Shown here piece after piece: positions 49,896-60,949 of a DNA stretch of 64,000 nt (its first letter is position 1; the number at the start of each line of letters is the position of its first letter). A model generated the notes under the pieces. That model made no database searches, was not told the origin of the DNA, and saw only the letters and a program-made list of their open reading frames with translations. Made by a program: the position numbers and the translations under genes. The stretch comes from Nitrospirota bacterium (lineage in GTDB: Bacteria; Nitrospirota; Thermodesulfovibrionia; Thermodesulfovibrionales; SM23-35), in NCBI GenBank assembly GCA_963796125.1, contig CAWCKM010000018.1, positions 1,951 to 65,950 on the forward strand, written 5' to 3'.

Positions 49896-50108
49896 TTAAT
49901 TATTCGTATAAGGCCCGTTATGCGGGCAACGAATGCCTTTGGCAAGAACCGGACACTGGATGCCTGATAGATAATGCATGGGAAAGTGGCACAACCAGAT
50001 AGTAAGATCAGGCCTCTTATCGAAAGGCATGCCTCTGCTCACCCGTTCGATAATTCTTTTTTCGAGGTGAAGACAATGCGTCTCTTCTGTCAGGTGTTTA
50101 AAATCCAT
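49896..50108 (-). CDS. hypothetical small Cys/His-rich protein
   Basis: 70-aa ORF. No assignment. Confidence 0.25.
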   Translation of the reverse strand: MDFKHLTEETHCLHLEKRIIERVSRGMPFDKRPDLTIWLCHFPMHYLSGIQCPVLAKGIRCPHNGPYTNN

Positions 50109-50202
50109 ATTTTTTAAAACAGTATGTATTATTTTACACCATGAGACGGGAAAATGTATGAACTGTCAGCAAGGCAGGCAAACCAAATAACAGAGCAGTT
50201 AT

Positions 50203-50865
50203 TTACTCCCCGGGGTTTTTCATGTGCCTTATGATCTTTCCCTCGCACATATAGATAACCATTTCAGCAATATTTGTTGCATGGTCTGCAATACGTTCAA
50301 GGTATTTTGAGACATAGCTGATTCTTGTGGCTCGGGATACGGTATGCGGATCTTGTATCATGAAAAAGAGCAGTTCATTGAAGACCTGGGCATTCAAATT
50401 GTCCACCTCGTCATCCCTCTTGATCACTTCATACGGTATCTTTGAACAACCCCTCACAAAGGCATCAAGAGAATCTCTGACCATCTCTTCTGTAATTTCA
50501 GCCATTCGGGGTATGTCGATATAGGGCTTCAGTTGCGGCTCATCATTCAACTCGATTGCCCTTTCAGCAATGTTTTCAGCAAGATCCCCGATCCTTTCGA
50601 GGTCAGTCGTTATCTTCATTGCAGTCGTTATAAACCTCAAATCCCTTGCCTTTGGTTGCCTGAGAGCGATCAGCCGTATACATTCTTCATCGATCTCCAC
50701 ATCGAGGGCATTGATCTTGTGATCCTTCTCAATAACCTTTCGTGCAAGGTCACTGTTCCTCTCGACGAGAGACTTCACTGAGTCGTGTATGGCTGCTTCG
50801 ACCAGCGAACCGATTCTTAATACCCTTTCCTTCAACAACCTTAACTCTTCGTCAAAGATTGCCAA
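50203..50865 (-). CDS. phoU: phosphate signalling complex protein PhoU
   Basis: Two PhoU repeats (E.IGD.AENIAE.. / [13 protein letters not shown]). Confidence 0.9.
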   Translation of the reverse strand: MAIFDEELRLLKERVLRIGSLVEAAIHDSVKSLVERNSDLARKVIEKDHKINALDVEIDEECIRLIALRQPKARDLRFITTAMKITTDLERIGDLAENIAERAIELNDEPQLKPYIDIPRMAEITEEMVRDSLDAFVRGCSKIPYEVIKRDDEVDNLNAQVFNELLFFMIQDPHTVSRATRISYVSKYLERIADHATNIAEMVIYMCEGKIIRHMKNPGE

Positions 50866-50925
50866 CTGTCAATCTCCCTTTATCCTGCCATAGGCCGGTT
50901 TCTTGGCGACAAGTATTACGATTCA

Positions 50926-51581
50926 TCAGGTGTAACATGCCTGATGATCTTCCCCTTGCACATATAAATGACCATCTCTGCAATATTGGTTGCATGATCT
51001 GCAATCCTTTCGAGATATTTTGCAACATAAGTTCTCTTCACCGCTGATGGATATAATCTTCGGGTCACGAATCATGAAACCCAGGAGTTCATTGAAGTTC
51101 TTTACGGTAAGTTCGTCAACCTCATCATCCTTCTTTATGACTTCATAGGGCAGTGTTGAGCATCCCCTTACAAAGGCATCGAGGGAGTCTCTCACCATTT
51201 CCTGCGCAATCTCGGCCATCTTCGGTATGTTCACATATGGTTTCAATTGCGGCTCTTCGTTCAGCTCAATTGCCCTTTCGGCAATGTTGACCGCAAGGTC
51301 ACCCATCCGTTCAAGGTCTGTCGTTATTTTCATGGCAGTTGTTATAAATCTCAGGTCTCGTGCCATAGGTTGTCTCAGAGCAATGAGTCTTATACATTCT
51401 TCATCTATTTTTACATCGAGGGCATTGATCATGATGATCCCTCTTGATAACTTCTTTTGCAAGATCACTATTCCTCTCAACAGGGAATGAACAGAATCGC
51501 GTATAGCAACCTCAACCATGCAGCCGAGTTTCATAATACTATTTCTTTTAAGGCATTTAACTCTTCATCAAAGATAGCCAT
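50926..51581 (-). CDS. phoU: second phoU paralogue (several frame breaks)
   Basis: The start ATG at 51581 overlaps the pstB stop. [13 protein letters not shown]... and [37 protein letters not shown]. The DNA is clearly similar to 50203-50865. Confidence 0.75.
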
Positions 51582-52356
51582 TATCCGAACCTTCCTGTAA
51601 TATATTCTTCTGTAAGTTTATTCTGAGGATTAACAAAGAGTGTGTCTGTTTCTCCAAACTCTATCAGTTCTCCTAAATACATAAAGGCAGTATAGTCAGA
51701 TACCCTTGCAGCCTGCTGCATATTATGGGTGACAATTACTATCGTAACAGTTTTTCTTAATTCCTGGAGTAAGTTCTCGATATTCGCTGTTGATATAGGG
51801 TCTAGGGCTGAAGTAGGCTCGTCAAAGAGAAGGACCTCTGGTTCCTGTGCAAGGGATCTCGCGATACAGAGCCTCTGCATCTGGCCTCCGGAAAGACTCA
51901 TTCCTGATTCATTGAGTTTATCCTTTACCTCTTTCCATAAATCGGCTCTGACAAGTGCATTTTCAACGATCTCATCAAGCTGGCTCTTCTTCCTTATTCC
52001 CCTGATTTTTGGCCCATATGCCACATTCTCATAAACAGAACTCGGAAAGGGATTAGGCTTCTGGAAAACCATGCCGACCCTCTTTCGTAATTCAATAACA
52101 TCAGTATCCTTTTGATAAATATCTACTCCCTTGAATAGTGACCTGACCTTCAACCCATGAATTCATAATTAGATCATTCATCCTGTTTAATGCTCTGAGG
52201 AGAGTTGATTTGCCACAGCCCGAAGGCCCTATAATTGCGCGTAATTTTATTGTTTCCATATTGAGGTTTACCTTCTTAACAGCCAGGAAATGCTCCATAG
52301 TAGATACTGAAATCCTTTATCTCAAAAATGTTCTTTTCACTAAACTCCTCTACCAT
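51581..52356 (-). CDS. pstB: phosphate ABC transporter ATP-binding protein (frame-broken)
   Basis: [22 protein letters not shown] (Walker A), [27 protein letters not shown]. The N-terminal piece starts at the ATG at 52356. Confidence 0.9.
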
Positions 52357-53253
52357 GCCCTTTTCACCCTTGTCCTCGTCCTGAGTATTATTCCTAATAA
52401 ATTCATTCCCAATACAAGAATTATGAGGGTCAAGGCAGTCCCGTACTGTATAGGTCTTGTCTCCTCGATATGGGTGCCTGCAGTGGCCAATACATAGATA
52501 TGATACGGAAGCGCCATCACCGGCTCCAATAGTGATCTTGGTACTCCCGGTGTAAAAAAAGCCGCTGCAGTAAACATAATGGGAGCAGTCTCACCTGAAA
52601 CCTTTGCTGTGCCCAGGATTGAACCTGTCAGGATTCCAGGCATTGCGGTCGGCAAAACGACCTTCTTGATGGTCTGCCATTTTGTAGCACCACATGCAAG
52701 AGATGCCTCACGAAAACTGTAAGGAACTGCCTTAATTGCCTCTTCAGATGTCGATATGATATAGGGAAGCACCATTACAGCAAGCGTCAATGACCCGGCA
52801 AGCAAACTCATACCAAACTGAAAAGCAACAACAAAAACAGTAAGTCCAAAGAGCCCGAAAACGACTGAAGGCACACCGGCAAGGGTATATATGGACATCA
52901 TAACGGTTTTCAGGAGTATTCCCGGTTTTGAATACTCGGCCAGGAAAATGGCAGTGGTAACACCAATCGGTATAACAACAATCATGCAGAGAAAGGTCAG
53001 GAGTACAGTGCCAACAATAACCGGGAAGATCCCTCCCTTTGTCATAGCTTCAACAGGAGGCTGTGTTATGAATTCCCAGCTTAAGACACTGGATGCCGTT
53101 ATATGCAACAAAAAACAATATGATGACGAGAATTATTGCTCCGGTAAAACCGAGGGTTCTGATCAGGGAAAGGAAAAAATTTTCTTTAAGATTGAACTTC
53201 TTCTTGCGAATCCATTCAGAAGACCCAAATCTGTTGTAAGTCCCATGGATCAT
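52350..53253 (-). CDS. pstA: phosphate ABC transporter permease PstA (frame-broken)
   Basis: Polytopic, with the EAA-loop-like EASLACGATKWQTIKKVVLP. The N-terminus is in track ORF 53050..53253. Confidence 0.85.
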
Positions 53254-54282
53254 ACCTTTTCCCCTATCCTTACAGCCCTGTATTTTTTTGATATGAAATC
53301 AGATACGAGACTTAAAACAAAGGTAATAACAAAGAGGATTGCACCTACACCAAAGAGCGCATGATAATGGAGGCTTTGATAGGGTGCCTCAGCCATCTCT
53401 GCTGCGATGGCTGCCGGCATAGGCCTTGCAGGATCAAATATCCAATAGAGGTACTACTGCTGCACCTCCTGCAACCATAAGGACAATCATCGTTTCACCG
53501 ATGATTGTCCCGATGCCGAGGATCACGGCAATACTCAATCCTGATACAGATGCGGGAACAACCACGCGCCGGATTGTTTCCCATTTATTTGCCCCGAGAG
53601 AGTATGATGCCTCTCTGTATGTGCGGGGTACCGCTGTCAGGGCATCTTCGGCAATAGTTGAGATAACAGGAATCGCTCTCACTGTGAGCATTAAAGCTGC
53701 GGTAGTGATATTCAGCCCCGATGCAATAAACAGTTTGTTATAACAGAAATCAGCAAGAGTGGTTGAAATAAACGGGATATTCGTACTTCTCAGCAATTCA
53801 GGAAGCCTCTCAGAAAGTATCGGCGAAAGCCAGTTTGAGAGAATCGGCGCTATGACTACCATGCCAAAGAAGCCCAGTACGACAGACGGAAAACTTGCAA
53901 GCATTTCTATGAGGGGTTTTAAAAATTCCTTCACTCTATGGTGAGCAATTTCTGCAATATAAATGGCTGTTGCAAGACCTAAGGGGATAGCTATTAGGGC
54001 AGTAAGAAGAGTTACGGCAAGAGTACCCATAATGAGGGGGAGCATCCCGAAGCTTGGTGGATCATAGGTAGGATACCATGCATTACCAAAGAGGACATTT
54101 ACAACACCTGCTTTATAGAAAATATAAAATGCCTCTTTGAAGAGAAAAAACCCAATGAGGAGAAGAATGATGACAGAGATAAAACCAACAGAACTGACGA
54201 TGAATTCAACAGCCTTCTCTTTTTTCTGCCATTTCAAAGGCAATGTTACACTCCATTTTTTATTGAGTCTATTTCTGAACAT
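53250..54282 (-). CDS. pstC: phosphate ABC transporter permease PstC (frame-broken C-terminus)
   Basis: REASYSLGANKWETIRRVVVP. The C-terminal segment continues in another frame to the TGA at 53250, overlapping the pstA ATG. Confidence 0.85.
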
Positions 54283-54400
54283 GAAAAAATCTCATTGAAT
54301 GTAGCCGCAAACTTTGTTTTGGGTTAAATAATTTCTCAACGCAGGCTGAAAGCCTTCGGCTACAAAAACTTGCCTGTTTAAAGCGACCCTTATTTACTGC

Positions 54401-55214
54401 TTACTTTATGCTTACATACTTCACTTCATTCACAATCTTCTGTCCTTCTTTGGAGAGCATGAAGTCAATAAATTTAGCTATTGTCCCAGCAGGCTTCCCA
54501 TTCGTGTACATGAAAAGGGGTCTCGCAATAGGCCATGAACCATCACGCACACTCTGACTAGTAGCTGTCTTTCCATTTACCTTTAGAGCCTTAATGGATT
54601 TATCAATGTATCCGATTCCGATATAGCCTATGGCATATTTATTCTGTGCAACGGTCTGTACAGCCTGACCACTTGAAGCAACAAGGAGTGCATCAGGTCT
54701 TACTTTATCACCTTTTAGAACCTTTTCTTCCCAAACTTCATATGTACCGGAGCTTGTGTCTCTTGAGACAACAGATATCGGCCTGTCCGGTCCACCGAGT
54801 TCTTTCCATGTTTTGATCTTTCCATTATAAATATCCCTTAGTTGTTCCAGGGTAATATTCTCTATCTTCATCGAAGGATGTACAATAGGGACTATCCCAT
54901 CGAGAGCAACTTTATGAGCAGTAAGGGTAACCCCTTTTTCTTTTCCGGCAGCTATTTCTTTATCTTTTGCCTCTCTTGAACTTGTTGCAATATTGGTAGT
55001 CCCATCAATAAGCGCCTTAATGCCAGTTCCTGAACCGCTTCCTGATACAAACATCTTCACATCAGGATTCTTTTTCATGAATACCTCTGCTGCCTTCTGC
55101 GCAATAGGGAGAACAGTTGTTGACCCATCAATCCTCAAGATCTTCAGCGTAGCGAAACCCATAAGTGAGCACACAAAAGAAAACTGAAAAAATAACTGTC
55201 AAAAATTTTTTCAT
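54401..55214 (-). CDS. pstS: phosphate-binding protein PstS (frame break in the signal peptide region)
   Basis: IDGSTTVLPIAQKAAEVF, GSGSGTGIKALIDGT, SSGTYEVW. ATG at 55214 with a GGAGG RBS and MKKFLTVIFSVFF. Confidence 0.88.
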
Positions 55215-55356
55215 TTCTTTCCTCCCTAGTAGATTTTAAGATACAATTCAATTGTTACAATTATGTTACAATTCTGTTAAATTTCTGTTACATATCTCAC
55301 CTCCCTACCAGCGACTTACTCATATAAACGTAAGAAATAATGTATAGAGGGTTCGT

Positions 55357-55468
55357 AAAATCCCCCTCAATCCCCCTTTTCCAAAGGGGGAGATTTCCTT
55401 GGATTCCCCTCTTTGGCAAAAAGGGGTTTGTTCCCTCCCTTTGGCAAAGGGAGGTTAGGAGGGATTTT
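55357..55468. repeat. archetypal triple-hairpin C/G-run repeat
   Basis: AAAATCCCCCTCAATCCCCCTTTTCCAAAGGGGGAG...TTCCCCTCTTTGGCAAAAAGGGG...CCCTCCCTTTGGCAAAGGGAGGTTAGGAGGGATTTT. The termini are inverted copies of each other. Confidence 0.75.
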
Positions 55469-55711
55469 GTAAACACTGTATTCATACTTATGACCTTATT
55501 AGTAATTCAGAATGACATCTCACCCCTCTCTAAATATTCTCTCTATAAGTTGAAACATAAAGAGCTTTGGTTTTCCCTTAATGAGAACAAATAATATTAC
55601 GGCTGACGCAATAAGACTTAGAAATATAATGAAAAGCATCTTGCGTTAGGATAACAAGCTATTGTTACAACGATATTAAGGGAATATTAAATTTTAGCAG
55701 CAGTGAGGAGT

Positions 55712-55885
55712 TTACAGTGAGACTATTAATTCCTTTTGCACATCTGTGCTCTTTAAATAGAAGGGACACTTCTTATGCTCTTTGCGTTTACAATATTCTC
55801 GAACTTGAAAATCGCTGGGATAATAAGGATTCTCTCTTGCCTTACATGCAAAGGTTACCCATTTAATGAGGTGAGGACATTTCAT
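55712..55885 (-). CDS. 57-aa Cys-rich small protein
   Basis: Below the track cutoff. MKCPHLIKWVTFACKARENPYYPSDFQVREYCKRKEHKKCPFYLKSTDVQKELIVSL. CP...C.A...C...CP pattern. Confidence 0.45.
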   Translation of the reverse strand: MKCPHLIKWVTFACKARENPYYPSDFQVREYCKRKEHKKCPFYLKSTDVQKELIVSL

Positions 55886-55888
55886 ATT

Positions 55889-56074
55889 TCATCCGTTAAC
55901 GATCTCTTTTAATTTTGTATTAGATGACATGCTCTCCAGAAACTCCAGGATATCTATCTCGTTCGGATCATAAGTGATTAAGACTGTGCCTTTAAGTTGA
56001 TCGAGATTGACATCTTTAATGCCGGATGGCAAAAGAAGAGAAGACCTTTTAAATCTTTTTAACAGACCCAACAC
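55889..56074 (-). CDS. hypothetical small protein
   Basis: 61-aa ORF. A possible N-terminal extension (MENAEIPYKIILYSKGCVKVQMPSLKGLS) lies in another frame. Confidence 0.3.
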   Translation of the reverse strand: MLGLLKRFKRSSLLLPSGIKDVNLDQLKGTVLITYDPNEIDILEFLESMSSNTKLKEIVNG

Positions 56075-56397
56075 GAAAGACCTTTTAAGGACGGCATCTG
56101 CACTTTTACACAGCCCTTACTGTAAAGAATGATTTTATACGGAATCTCAGCATTTTCCATTGCCTTCCATGCTCCTGCTAATTACAGGTCCCCGCTGTAA
56201 CTAAACCGTGTTCTTTCTTACCGCTTCATCAGCGCGATGTTAAATTTTCAATGAAATCTGTTAGCCTCAGGAAGCGGTGAAAGAGATTGTGGATATTCTT
56301 AAAGCGCTGTCTCATGATACGGTTAATGGCCTGATTTAGTATTGCCTTCTTTATTAGTATAACCTTTAAAAAAAGGGAGAGGGATTAAGTTTTTTAA

Positions 56398-56601
56398 TTA
56401 ATCTGTGGATAAACATTGACACCGAATTGTTTTCATTAACCTTTTCTCAATATCTTTGAAAGGAACATTGGGACATTCGTCATAGTTTTCGGTGCCACAA
56501 CAACGGGCATGCTTCTCATCATCAATCAACATCGACGAGAGTGAGGCCATGCAGGTATTAATGCCATTGTACGGACATCCCTTTTCATGAAAATCTGCCA
56601 C
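56398..56601 (-). CDS. 67-aa Cys-rich small protein (same CP...C.A...C...CP pattern)
   Basis: MADFHEKGCPYNGINTCMASLSS...ARCCGTENYDECPNVPF. Confidence 0.4.
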   Translation of the reverse strand: MADFHEKGCPYNGINTCMASLSSMLIDDEKHARCCGTENYDECPNVPFKDIEKRLMKTIRCQCLSTD

Positions 56602-56894
56602 TTATAGGAGAGGGTCGACAACTTCATTGCGCATTTCGAGGCTACATGTGGGTTCGCCTTTGCTACGAGCCCGCAGGTTCGCTCAGTTCCCTTTGGAACC
56701 TTTGTCAGGGAACTTAATGCTTCAGGTTACCCTTTGCACCTCCCTCAAGCTACGTGGGTGAACTACCAAATTCCCACAGTCGGACTTCAACCGACAAGTC
56801 ATATGTTTTACACGGCATGCCCTACAACTGAGTATAAGTAAGAACAGAGGAAAGCTGAAGGTTAACATTCGAACTACGCATCACATCCCATATA

Positions 56895-56926
56895 AAAAAG
56901 GTAGAGCCGTATGACTCTACCTTTTT
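56895..56926 (-). terminator. rho-independent terminator downstream of the multihaem cytochrome gene
   Basis: AAAAAGGTAGAG-ccgtatga-CTCTACCTTTTT. On the minus strand the stem is followed by TTTTTT. Confidence 0.7.
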
Positions 56927-56946
56927 GTCTTTGATTCAATCTAAAC

Positions 56947-59338
56947 TTATGGACAAGTAAACGGCTTAATAACCTTGATTCTCTTCTTGTTGCTGTCTAC
57001 ACTATCCACGGTAACCCATACCTTTATATACCTATAGTCTTGGCCTTGAAACCATCCGCATTGGTAATTTGGAAGTCTAATCCTGATTTTGATATTGCTC
57101 CAGAGTTTTATCCCTGGGCTACTTGAATCGAAGGTCTTTGGGCCTATACGAACTATGCTATCGCCCTGAGTCTCGCCAAAGTTCTGTCCTATGATCCTGA
57201 CAATAAGTCCAGGTTTTTTCACGCCCAGAATCTTGTCGATAAAGGAAGTTTGGGCTACCCGAACTGTGATCGCAGAGGTGTCAGTATCTATTGCCCCTTG
57301 GTTATCAGTAACGGTTAAATTAATCTGGTATATCCCCATAGTTGTATATGTGTGAGAGACCGTTATACCGTTCACCTTTGGCGTACTATCACCAAAGTCC
57401 CATTCGTAGCCAACGATTGTTCCATCATGATCGTAGGACGAAGAACCTGAGAATTGTGTCGCAGATCCAGTAGAAACTACTTTGTCAGCACCACAGTTAG
57501 CAATCGGTGGTCGGTTACCAGAAATGAGGTGACAGTCATCACAGGAAATGTTCTGCCCTGTCATTCCGCTATAGATAGCAGTCAGAATCTTGGTATCCGT
57601 ATTTGTATGACAAGGGAGGCAGCCGATACCATGGGGTCCGTGGCCCTGATGTTCAGACACAGCATTGGCTACATGACAGGCACCGCAGGCAGTAGAGGTG
57701 AGACTGGTCTGATCATGCATGTGGGCATGGTTACTAAACTGTATATGGCAATCTGCACAGTAGACCTTGCTCCCTGCTGTGCCCTTACTGATAGCGGCTT
57801 GTATAGCAGGATCAGTGCTATTGTGACAGGCGTTGCACTCGAAATTCTTTTTGGCATGTTCATTAACAACGTTGGCCTGCAAGCCAAGGTTCAATCAGAT
57901 GGCAGACGGAACAGTCTGTTAAAGGTAGATAAGTATTCTTGTGCACCTGATGGTCTATCAGTCCATGACAGTCGGTGCAGTTAACTGGGATTCCACTCTT
58001 TCCCCTGGCAATTGCATTCTGCACATTGGTATTTGTGCTATTGTGGCAGATGGTGCAGCTTAAGTTGTATTTGCTGTGCTCGCTGGGAGCATCGGCAATA
58101 TGACACTGAGAGCAACCGCTTGAGGGAAGCAATGTCTGATCGTGAGCGATGGAGTGATTTCCTGCCTGTACGTGGCAATCGCTACAGCTAAAGGGTTCCT
58201 TTATGACGGTCTGATAGTTGGCGCAAACAGTTGTGAAATCAAGGTCCGACGGATAATTCAATGGTGTGCAAAGCTTCAGAGAATAATCAGTATTGTGGCA
58301 CACCCAGCAGTTGCCTTGATGATTCTCAACTAATAATGGGAGATGACACTGAGTACAGTCTGTCGATGGCTGATCGTATCCCAAATTGCCATGGGGATCT
58401 TGGGCTGAACCAGATATCGGAAAAAGACCTAGATCAGTATCAGAGCCGCAGCAATCAGAAACCACGACTTTGCCCCAGTAGTCTTTGAGACTTTATGAAG
58501 TTCATATACGATGTTCATTCTTTTCCCATCTTTTTATTACGGTGGCCACTTCTTATATGGTTCCGGGCCATGGATATTGTGACAATCGGTACACGAGGCA
58601 GCCTGACTGTGATGAGTGTCATCATATTGTTCCCATTGATGACAGTCGTCGCAGTTAGCCAAGGTGCCTCCTGCACCTTCATTAATCGCAGACTGAACCA
58701 CAGGATCAGCGCTTGCGTGACGAACCTTCGCAACTTAACCCCTTATTCAGATGCTCGGTGGCAATATTGTCAGCATGGAGAGGTATGGCGCATTCCGGTA
58801 AAGTCAGACCCGACTGTCCATCTCTCTCATGAGCTTCGGTATGATCAATCATGTGACAGGCAGAGCAGTAAATAGGGTTACCGGCCCTGCCATAGGAAAT
58901 AGCGCTTTGAATCTGCGGGTCAGAACTACCATGACAGACGTAGCAATTCAGGCCGCGATTGCCATGCTCAGTGGCAACATTCGCCAAGTGGCAATCAGCG
59001 CAACCCTCTGCGGGAAGAAAGGTCTGGTCATGTGCAAGGGAATGATCGAGCTGAGCATGGTAATCGAATACAGCGTACCGGTTGCCCCAGTTTGCCTTTG
59101 GCTATGGTCTCCTTTACATTCACCAGTTGGCTATCGTGGCAGGCGGTGCAGACAGGATACAGAAGCCGCCATGTTGCTGGATTCTGTTTTGTGAATGGCA
59201 AGGAGTACATTCTGGATTTAAAATGCTCTGATGTCCTGCTAAAGATACTTTTGGGAATAATATAAATAGAAAAAATAGTACTAACGGAAGATAACCCATA
59301 CCCCTTTGCATTAGAGCCCCCTGATCAAAGAATTGCAT
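56947..59338 (-). CDS. large modular multihaem c-type cytochrome with C-terminal PKD and IPT/TIG-like domains (many frame breaks)
   Basis: Signal peptide at 59338. At least 16 CxxCH motifs occur in the track fragments (59120.., 59028.., 58706.., 57863.., 56947..). A recurring module is C..CH(N/G/D)S.D..(I/V)Q.AI..G..G....C.(D/A)CH. The PKD signature is SSSYDHDGTIVGYEWDFGDS...HTYT..G.Y.I.LTVTDNQG. Confidence 0.8.
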
Positions 59339-59569
59339 AGATTAGTAAAAATGTCAATCTAAAAGTTTAATTAAAATATATTTGTATTTTTATACTTTAA
59401 AATCTTTAAAAAATAAAATTAATGGGAATAAACCGCCGACATTATCAGTGGTGGAAAATTATTTTTTACTGGTTATTGTTTGAAAGCTTCATGATTTCTG
59501 CAATCTCTTGAGATGTGGAGTACAGGAAGTTATCGAGGAGGTTCAAAAAACTTTAGAAGATACACATTT

Positions 59570-59702
59570 CTATGTGTTAATGACAAAAAATCTCTCAGAC
59601 TTACGAGGTAAAACATGGCCTCAAACGTGGTAAGATTGCTAAAGAGTCCCGAAGCCTTCGGGATTTCGCCAAGGGAGGTTGGGAATGGTAAACAAAAAGG
59701 AA
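59570..59702. repeat. direct repeat copy A flanking the CDF segment
   Basis: CTATGTGTTAATGACAAAAAA...ACTTACGAGGTAAAACATGGCCTCA...GGTAAGATTGCTAAAGAGTCCCGAAGCCTTCGGGATTTCGCCAAGGG...GGTAAACAAAAAGG. Aligns with 61411-61560 in the same orientation. Confidence 0.75.
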
Positions 59703-59742
59703 TCCGTGATTGGTAAAAAATGGGAACAACCATTTTTTATTT

Positions 59743-60744
59743 TTATAACTTCTCATTTTTTGGAAGATTGGCATCCTCATCTGATGATTGTTGTTGATGC
59801 TTTGCTGGAGATTCAATCGGCGGAATTTCCGTACGGTCTAAACTCGTATCATCCCATGAAGCAGGGTCATTTAGTGACTCTAAATGCGTAAACACTGTAA
59901 CGCTCGGCAACGCACGACAAATGTCAGCTTCTATACTTTCCAATAGCCGATGACCGCGTTGGACTGTCCATATACCGGGAACCAGAACATGAACTGACAC
60001 AAACTGTCGCGCTCCTGATTGGCGAGTACGAAGCGCGTGGTACTGTACTCCATTCTGGACATACGGTTCTAATACTCTTCGTAATGTGTTTTGCTCCTCA
60101 ACCGGTAGAGCCGTGTCCATCAGCCCCAACGCGGACTTGCGCACGATACGTACCCCCGACCAGACGATATTACCGGCGACAAGAAATGCTACAATAGGGT
60201 CCAGTCGTTCCCAGCCGGTGAGTGCTACCGCTCCGACCCCGACTATCACGCCTGCCGATGTCCACACATCTGTCATCAGGTGCTGTGCGTTGGCTTCAAG
60301 AGTAACTGAGTGGTGGTGCTTACTTGCCCTTAGCAAGACAATCGCGACAAACAAGTTTACGAGTGAGGCCGCAATCGAAACCCCCAATCCCAGCCCAATC
60401 TGCTCAAGTGGTTTTGGGGTAATAAGCCTTGGAATAGCCGCTACGCCGATACTTCCGGCGGCAATCAGAATCAACGTCCCTTCGACGCCACTTGAAAAGT
60501 ATTCGGCCTTACTATGTCCGTAGGCATGGTCCTCATCGGCTGGTCGAGCGGCTATCGTCAACATCGCCAACGCCATAAGTGCGCCAACAAGGTTGACGAA
60601 AGACTCCAGCGCATCTGAAAGTAGACCAACCGAACCTGTCAGTAAATACGCAATGGCCTTTAGTGCAATGGTGATAATGGCCGCGGCAATCGAAAGCCAA
60701 GCAAAGCGTGTAAGAGATGAACGGTTTGTAGTATTAGATGTCAT
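59743..60744 (-). CDS. cation diffusion facilitator (CDF) family metal efflux transporter
   Basis: Six TM segments. [10 protein letters not shown] and HLMTDVWTS (DxxxD/HxxxD-type metal site). Cytoplasmic C-terminal domain. Visibly higher G+C and CpG content than its neighbours. Confidence 0.88.
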   Translation of the reverse strand: MTSNTTNRSSLTRFAWLSIAAAIITIALKAIAYLLTGSVGLLSDALESFVNLVGALMALAMLTIAARPADEDHAYGHSKAEYFSSGVEGTLILIAAGSIGVAAIPRLITPKPLEQIGLGLGVSIAASLVNLFVAIVLLRASKHHHSVTLEANAQHLMTDVWTSAGVIVGVGAVALTGWERLDPIVAFLVAGNIVWSGVRIVRKSALGLMDTALPVEEQNTLRRVLEPYVQNGVQYHALRTRQSGARQFVSVHVLVPGIWTVQRGHRLLESIEADICRALPSVTVFTHLESLNDPASWDDTSLDRTEIPPIESPAKHQQQSSDEDANLPKNEKL

Positions 60745-60949
60745 ATCGTAACAATTTCCGTTATAACCATCACTAAGCTGATCAATTCAGGAGATATCAA
60801 CTTCAGGGGGAATCTTGCACCTGTGGGACAAATACCTCTCTGCGACGTACAACCTCAAATAGAGACAGCATTATTGTCTGAAGTTCCACTATCAGGAATA
60901 GAACTTCATCAGGAATTGTGGTCTTCTCGGATTTGAATCCTGATTCCTG

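Noticed and set aside
55297-55594. ORFs 55297..55485 and 55340..55594 as genes
   Set aside because: They are translations of the triple-hairpin repeat (PLFQRG..., SLCQREG...). The same holds for ORFs 59530..59733, 59601..59816, 61314..61874 and 61442..61807, which read through the direct-repeat copies.
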